DNA of 64,000 bases from Saprolegnia diclina VS20 (lineage: Eukaryota), in contig NW_008246153.1 in the NCBI RefSeq assembly GCF_000281045.1, positions 104,246 through 168,245 of the forward strand, read 5' to 3'. The position numbers were made by a program, and so were the translations under genes. The notes beneath the pieces are model-generated. The model was not told where the DNA came from. It ran no database searches and saw nothing but the letters and a program-made list of their open reading frames with translations. Shown piece by piece: positions 57,901 through 64,000 of this stretch; within the stretch, counting starts at the first letter, position 1, and each line of letters starts with the position of its first letter.

Positions 57901-60900
57901 CACCAACAACCGACTCACACTCGACTTCAGCATCACGTTTACAGGCATTGAAGTCGCTGGCAATATTCCTGCGATCCAGCTCCAGAGTACGCTCGCGCCG
58001 CTGCAATCACCGGTCCCAACGCAAACGTCCGAGACCCAAATTGGCAGCAACCCCGTGTACAATCCTGGCAGCGTCTTTCGACTCTTCTACACGTGCGAGC
58101 AGTATTCGGACCCGACGGTCACGACCGGTGCGTTCCCGGGTGTCAGCGCCGCTTGCCAACCGACGGCGCCGGCGCTCTGCGCGACGTGTGCTACGGCGTT
58201 TGACGGCACCACGATTTCGGTCAACGTCGATTTGACGGCAGTGGTGGCCGTGGGGGCCGTGCTTCAGATTGGTCCGTGCGTCTTTGGCATCTCGGCGCGG
58301 ACGGCCACGACGCTAACGGTCGACACGAACAACGTCGGGCGCTATTGCTCGACGTTTTCATCCGCGACGCTCGCCGTATATGCCGCCAAAGTGCTCTCGC
58401 CCATCTCAAACCTCGTCATGCGGCAAGGCGCCGGCGGGACGCAGTACCCCGAGGTCAACACGGTCGTGGCGACGCAGTTTCTCAACAGCCTCGGCAAAGC
58501 CGTGTCCGTGGTCGCAACGCCGGTCGTGTCCCTCGCCTTTGTCGGCACGTCGTATGCGATTAGCTTTGTCAGCAACACAGGCACGATCCCGCTCCTCACG
58601 TGCGACGCCACCAACATCGTCGTCACGAGCGGCACAAAGACGTGCTCGGTGACACGGACGTCGATCGGCAGCATGATGTATGGCACCTTTACGCTGTCGC
58701 TGACGCGGGCGTCCGACGGCGTTCTCTTTACAACGCCGGCGATTCCGTTTGATGCAACACCGGCCGCGCTGACGCAGCTGCTGCAAGGCGTTGGCGCCGT
58801 CGCCGAGTGGGTCTGGGGCACAGTCAGCGTCACGCGCAGCATGTACCCACCGGCGCCGACGCGCTGGTCGGGCGGCTACGCGTGGACGATCACGTTCTTG
58901 TCGCGCGGCTGGAACGTCCCCAAGATGACGTTCACAAGCAGTCTCGGCAATGCGATTGGGGCCACTCCGGCGCCCGTTGTTGTGATCGAAGACGCAACGA
59001 GTCTGCTCACGCCGTCGCTCGGAAGTGTCGACGGCAACCAAATCAGCGGGTCGTTCAAGCTCTCGTACAACGGTGTCGTGACCGCCGCCGCGTGCGTCCT
59101 TGGCACCAACACGGACGCCGGCGACATTCTCGTGGGGCCCACGGTCCGAGATACGGCGTTCGAGACATATCTCAAGGCGCAGTTTGGATGGACCAGTGTA
59201 AGTGTCTACCGGTCGCTTCCGACGCGAGCCTTGGGCTTTACGTGGTCGATCACGTACACGGACGCCAACACGGGGGGCAACGTGCCGCTGATTCAAGTCG
59301 TGTCCCCGAATTTCGTCGGCACCGGCGTCAGCATCACGACCAACGAGGTGGTTCCTGGCAACCAGCTCAGTGGCACGTTTCAGTTGACCTTCAACGGACA
59401 AACCACGGGCCCGATCGCGTACGATGCTAGTATCCAAGACGTAGCGACGCAGCTCAACAACCTCAACTCGATCCAGCCCTCGCAGGTGACTGTCTCGCGC
59501 ATTGGGCCGTTCGGACCGACATCCGGTGTCCTCAATGCCGTCACGCAAGTGCGCGGGTACCAGTGGTCCATCACGTTTACGTCGTCAACGTGGAAAGACC
59601 CAACCGCCGACCACGCAGTGTACACGCCTGGCAACTGGTGGGGGCCTCCGGCTGCGTGGACCGACGTGTGGGAGACGGGGTACTCGAAAGCGTGGGGCCG
59701 CCACGTGGGGCCGCTCACCGCCATGGGGCTACAGCTGTCGTGCTTGGCGCAAGGACTCACCGACACGGCCAACGACGGCTCTCCAACTTGCGTCGTCGGC
59801 ACGTCCCAGCCCGGCGTTGGCCCGCTCAAAGGCACCTTCACACTGCAGCTCGACACAACGTCGAGCCTCTACATGTCCAAGAACGTGGTCGCAACCAGTG
59901 CACCCATCGCGCACAACGCGTGGGCGACGGCGGTGCAGAGCCAGAGCAGCGGACAGTCGATGCAAGAAACCTTGCAGGCCATGACCAACGTCGGGACAGT
60001 CGCCGTCACGCGAAGCGCCGTGAACGTTCTGACCGGGGGGTATACGTGGACGATCACATTTTTGTACGACAAGGAGCCCTGCGCGCAGCACGACTCGGTC
60101 AACAACTTGTGCAACGCACCTGGGAACGTGCCACCGCTCACTGTCGCGACCAACAGCTTGGTGGCCTCGACGCCGGCGATCGCAATCTGCGATCAGACGA
60201 CCAACCCGTGCGGTGTGGCCGTCGATGGCGTCATCCTCCGGTCTAGTTTCAGTGTCTTCAAGGTGACGGGGGACCCGGGGGTCGAGAGTCGGTTTGCTCT
60301 CGCGGCCACGTGCCAGGGCGCGACACTTGGCTCGACGTGCGGGGCGATCGTCGGTGGCTTCGTCTTGACGACGGCGCAGCCCAACTTGCCATCGACGCTG
60401 CTATCGGGCGACCAATTCTACCTCGCAGGCTACGCGTCGTGCGTCTTTTCAGTGGCCAGCGTCACGCCCATCTTTGTTGATGTCATTGACCAGGTCTGCG
60501 TACCGATGGCCGGCGGTCTCACGGGCGGTCCATTCGCTCTCACTATGGTACTACCTTGGAATGCGCAAGAGAATGCTATCGCACGTGTCCTCCGCGCTGC
60601 GTCCGCGACGTCACTTGAGACGGGCATCTGGGCCAACGGCCGCGTCACCAGCGTCACACGGACGGTCATTGGACAGTACGGTGCCATGTCGTGGCTCATT
60701 CGGTTCATCTCCAACCCTGGCAATTCACCGCCAGGCGCTGGGAACGTGGCGCCGCTGACCGTGTCGTTTCTAGCCGCGCCGACCTGTGTCTGTCAAGTGA
60801 CCGTCGCCGAGACTCAGCCCGGATCGGTGCCCCTCGGTGGCTCGTTCACGATCGACTATCACTCGACGTTTGGACCTCGTGCGATTTCCTACCTGGAGAC

Positions 60901-63900
60901 CGCGGACCGCTTGGAGCGAAAGCTCAACGAAATGAACACGCTCGGGCGTGTCCGCGTCACGCAGTTTGCAATTCCGTCGGTGGGGCTCGGGTGTCTGACG
61001 ACGGGGTGTGCGGGCGGTTGGGACGACGTTGCCGTCGCCAATGACGGCACGCGCGGCGGGTACCGGTGGCGTGTCGTGTTTCTGAAGAACCCCGGCGCAT
61101 ACAGCGGGTACACGTTTCCACCAGGCACGGGCAACATGAACGCTCTCACGGTCTCGTACCCGGCGCTCACGGGCGCCCAGTCGGCTGTCAACGTCATCAC
61201 CGTGACCGAGGGCAATTTGCCGATCACGGGAGCGTTTGCGCTTTCCTACGACGGCGCCGACACGCCACCGATTCCGTACGCGGCGTCGGCGCCCATTCTC
61301 GAACAAGCAATCGAAGCACTGCCGTCGATGAGCTACGTTCCGACCACCAGCGACGTCTTGTCAATGTACCGCATTCCGCTCGCCATTGCGACGATTGCGC
61401 AGGACAGCAATGTGGCGACCATCTCGGGTGTCGATATCACGCAGTATTTCGCACCCGGGGATTTGATTCGCTTTGGACCACCGCCGTCCGCTAACACGCT
61501 GGTCGGGTCCAATGGCGATGTCCCTGTGACGGGTGTCGTTGCGTCGTCGACTGTCACGGTGGCAAGGGCCTCGCCGAGTGTAGTGGCACCGACGTCGCTC
61601 TCAACGACGTTGTTTCCCGGCAACCAGGTGCGCCTCAGCGGCAGCATCTACACGGTGGCACGCACGGGTATTGAGATTCAGACGCTCACAGTGTCGCTGC
61701 CAACGGCGTCGTGGACACCGACGAATGTGGCAACGGTAAACTTTTATAAGCTCACGCTCGCCTACCAAGGCGCGTCGACGGCGTCCGCGTGCTTGCCGGT
61801 ACAAACAGCGACGCTCGCTACGGTGCTCAATGGTCTCGTAACGACGATCGACCCGACGCGGTCGAACAGCTTGGTCACTGTCACGCAAAGCCCGGCGACA
61901 GTCGTCGGTGCCAACACGCAGATCGTCTACACGATCTACTTTGGCGGTGTCACCGTTCTTGGTGACGTGGCGCAGCTCACGGTGGACACTGCTTCGTGCA
62001 CAGCACTTGCTGGAGCAACAGCAACAGCAGCCACTGTGCTCAACGGAGGGCGCATGGCGCACCAGCGCGTTACTCTTTCGACCGACTCGGGCTACGTCGT
62101 CGACCCCACAGGGTACTGTACCCATACGATCTTGTCGTGCTGATTGTTTGTGATGTAGATACTACCAGCTTTCGTTGGGCGGCGTTGCGACGACGTGTAT
62201 CAAGTGGGGCGACACGAGTGCGGCGATTCAGGCCCAAGTCAACGCCGCGTGGCCCGATACCGTGCTCGTGTCGTCCTACGGCTCTGGAACGTCAACCACC
62301 GAGCTCCAGCAACTCGTGCTGGCGTCCAACGCCCCCGTCGTGAACGGCGCCAACGGGTACTTTCGCCTTGCGCTGACCAACAACGGCGCGACGGCAACGA
62401 CGAGTTGTCTCAACTACGGTCTCTCGGCGGCCGCGCTCCAAACCGCGCTGAACGGACTGAGCAATGTCATGAGTGGCCACATCGTCGTGACAGCATCCGG
62501 CGACGGCACGGCGGCGTCGGGCTACGGGTTTCAGTACACGATTGCCTACAACGGCAACCTTCGCGTCGGTCTCAGCAACGTTCTCGGCAACATGGCACCG
62601 CTCGTCGTCTTCTCCATGGGCACCGGAGCGTGTTCGCCCGTGTCGTCGGGTCTGCCGTCGATTTATGTGCAGACGCTACGCGACGGAGCGCCAGCGTATG
62701 CTTACGATTTCTACTTTGTCGGAAGCTCATACAGCTACGTGGCCCCCATCGCCATCGTGAGCGAAGCCACGTGCACCAACGGGTGGTCGATCGTCGGCGG
62801 CAGCTCGCGGCGCATCGTAGCCAGCGTCGTCAACGGCGGCGGCAATTACGCGGTCCAACGCATCGTCGTTTCGGACGCAACGGCACCGATTGCTGGCACC
62901 CCGAGCTTCAAGATCGGGTTCCTCGGCCAAACGACGGGTACGTGCGTGAACTACAACGCAGCCGCGTCCGCTGTCCAAACCGCTCTCAACGCACTCTCCA
63001 CGATCGGCGCCAACGGCGTCGTAGTCAATTTGGACATCGACCCCGTCCTCGCACCCAACGGGTTTGTGTATTCAGTGACGTTTACAGCGGCGGCGCTTGG
63101 TGGCACACTGCCGCTCCTTGTCGTCGACACTTCGAGCTGCACCGCTTTTGCTGGTACGTCGTCCGTGACGGTGGGTTCCGTGTACGCGGGCGGCTCTGCG
63201 GACAACCGACTCGCGCTGTCGACGCCGTACGCCGGGGACGCTGTCGGCGCTGCCGTGCTCTACGGCGTATCGCAGACGTTTTCCGTGCTCAACGAACAAT
63301 TTGCTGTGATTCAGATCGTCGTATCGAACCCCAACGGCAACATTGCGCTCAGCGCCACGTACGACTTGACGCTCGGTAGCACAACGACGACCGTGTCGTG
63401 GAAAGCCACTGAAGTCCAACTGGAGGCGGCTTTTGCGACGCTAACGGGCACCGCGTCGGGCGTCACGGTGACGGTGCGCACCGACCCCGTTTTGTCGCCG
63501 AATGGGTACCTTTACACCGTGTACTGCCTCGGACCGCTCGTCATGGGCAACATTGGCCCACCGACGAAAAGCAACCTCCAAAACTTTGGCACTGGCACCG
63601 TCACCGTCACCACGATACGCACCGGGTCCAGCACGAACATGCTCTCTGCGTCCAATGTGCCTCTGGCCACGGTCGCGTCGGCGGCGGTACCTGCAACCTA
63701 CATTGGTAGTCGCGGCGTCAACTTGGCCGTGTACAAAGTGAACGGGTTCCAGTGGTCGCTGCGATTTGCCGAGATGATTGGCGACGTTGCAGCACTTGGC
63801 GTCGACAGCACGGACGTCACGGGCGTCGTCACTGTATTTGACAACTTTGTCCAAGGGTCACCGTCCAACAAGTATACTGTGACCAGCCTGGAGCCAGGCA

Positions 63901-64000
63901 ACGAGTACTACATGCGCGTTGCGGCAACGACGGCGATTGGCTCAAGTCCGTGGTCGACGTCGGCATCGATCATTCCCAGCGCTGTGCCACCGCCGCCCGT
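48925..64000 (+). CDS. Giant secreted beta-rich protein with FN3 domains and many 'EVQ..GGTFTL..WxVTF' repeats (~4980 aa in the window, runs off the 3' end)
   Basis: Signal peptide MGRRVLAWSLLVLLRLFLAPCSEA; introns 54375-54418, 57390-57436 and 62113-62158 restore one frame; FN3 signatures (LSVTWSPP..GGAPVDAYRVEW, GLSPGTKYYARVMAYN..GYG); T/S/A/G/V-rich. Confidence 0.9.

Overview
Gene-dense, GC-rich eukaryotic DNA with many very short (~40-55 nt) GT-AG introns, mostly GTAC/GTGC...TAG. Gene content and intron style fit an oomycete, probably Saprolegniales (inference). The window holds about 21 protein genes: a fused LeuC/LeuD-type aconitase-family enzyme, CFAP57-like, a helicase-associated (HA) repeat protein, TMX-like thioredoxin, an EF-hand/RCC1 protein, CAMKK-like kinase, FBXL, Ubl-RRM, RBM25, a DUF4833 protein, syntaxin-16, Sec66, ERCC1, SRP19, twinfilin, INTS1, a Cys-rich secreted protein, Fused/STK36, and the 5' ~15 kb of a giant secreted FN3-containing protein. 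It also has one tRNA-Arg(TCG) and a decayed MCM7 fragment. Three observations stand out. (1) A palindromic TATCCGGATA motif recurs at 14 sites, all non-coding and mostly 17-130 nt upstream of start codons. (2) The giant protein has a run of nine tandem 'ExQ' strands followed by about nine domain bodies that lack that strand, suggesting nested strand complementation. (3) A 162-bp inverted copy of the aconitase gene lies 11 kb away between two imperfect 34-bp direct repeats. All family assignments are from motif recognition, with no database search; multi-exon boundaries are approximate.
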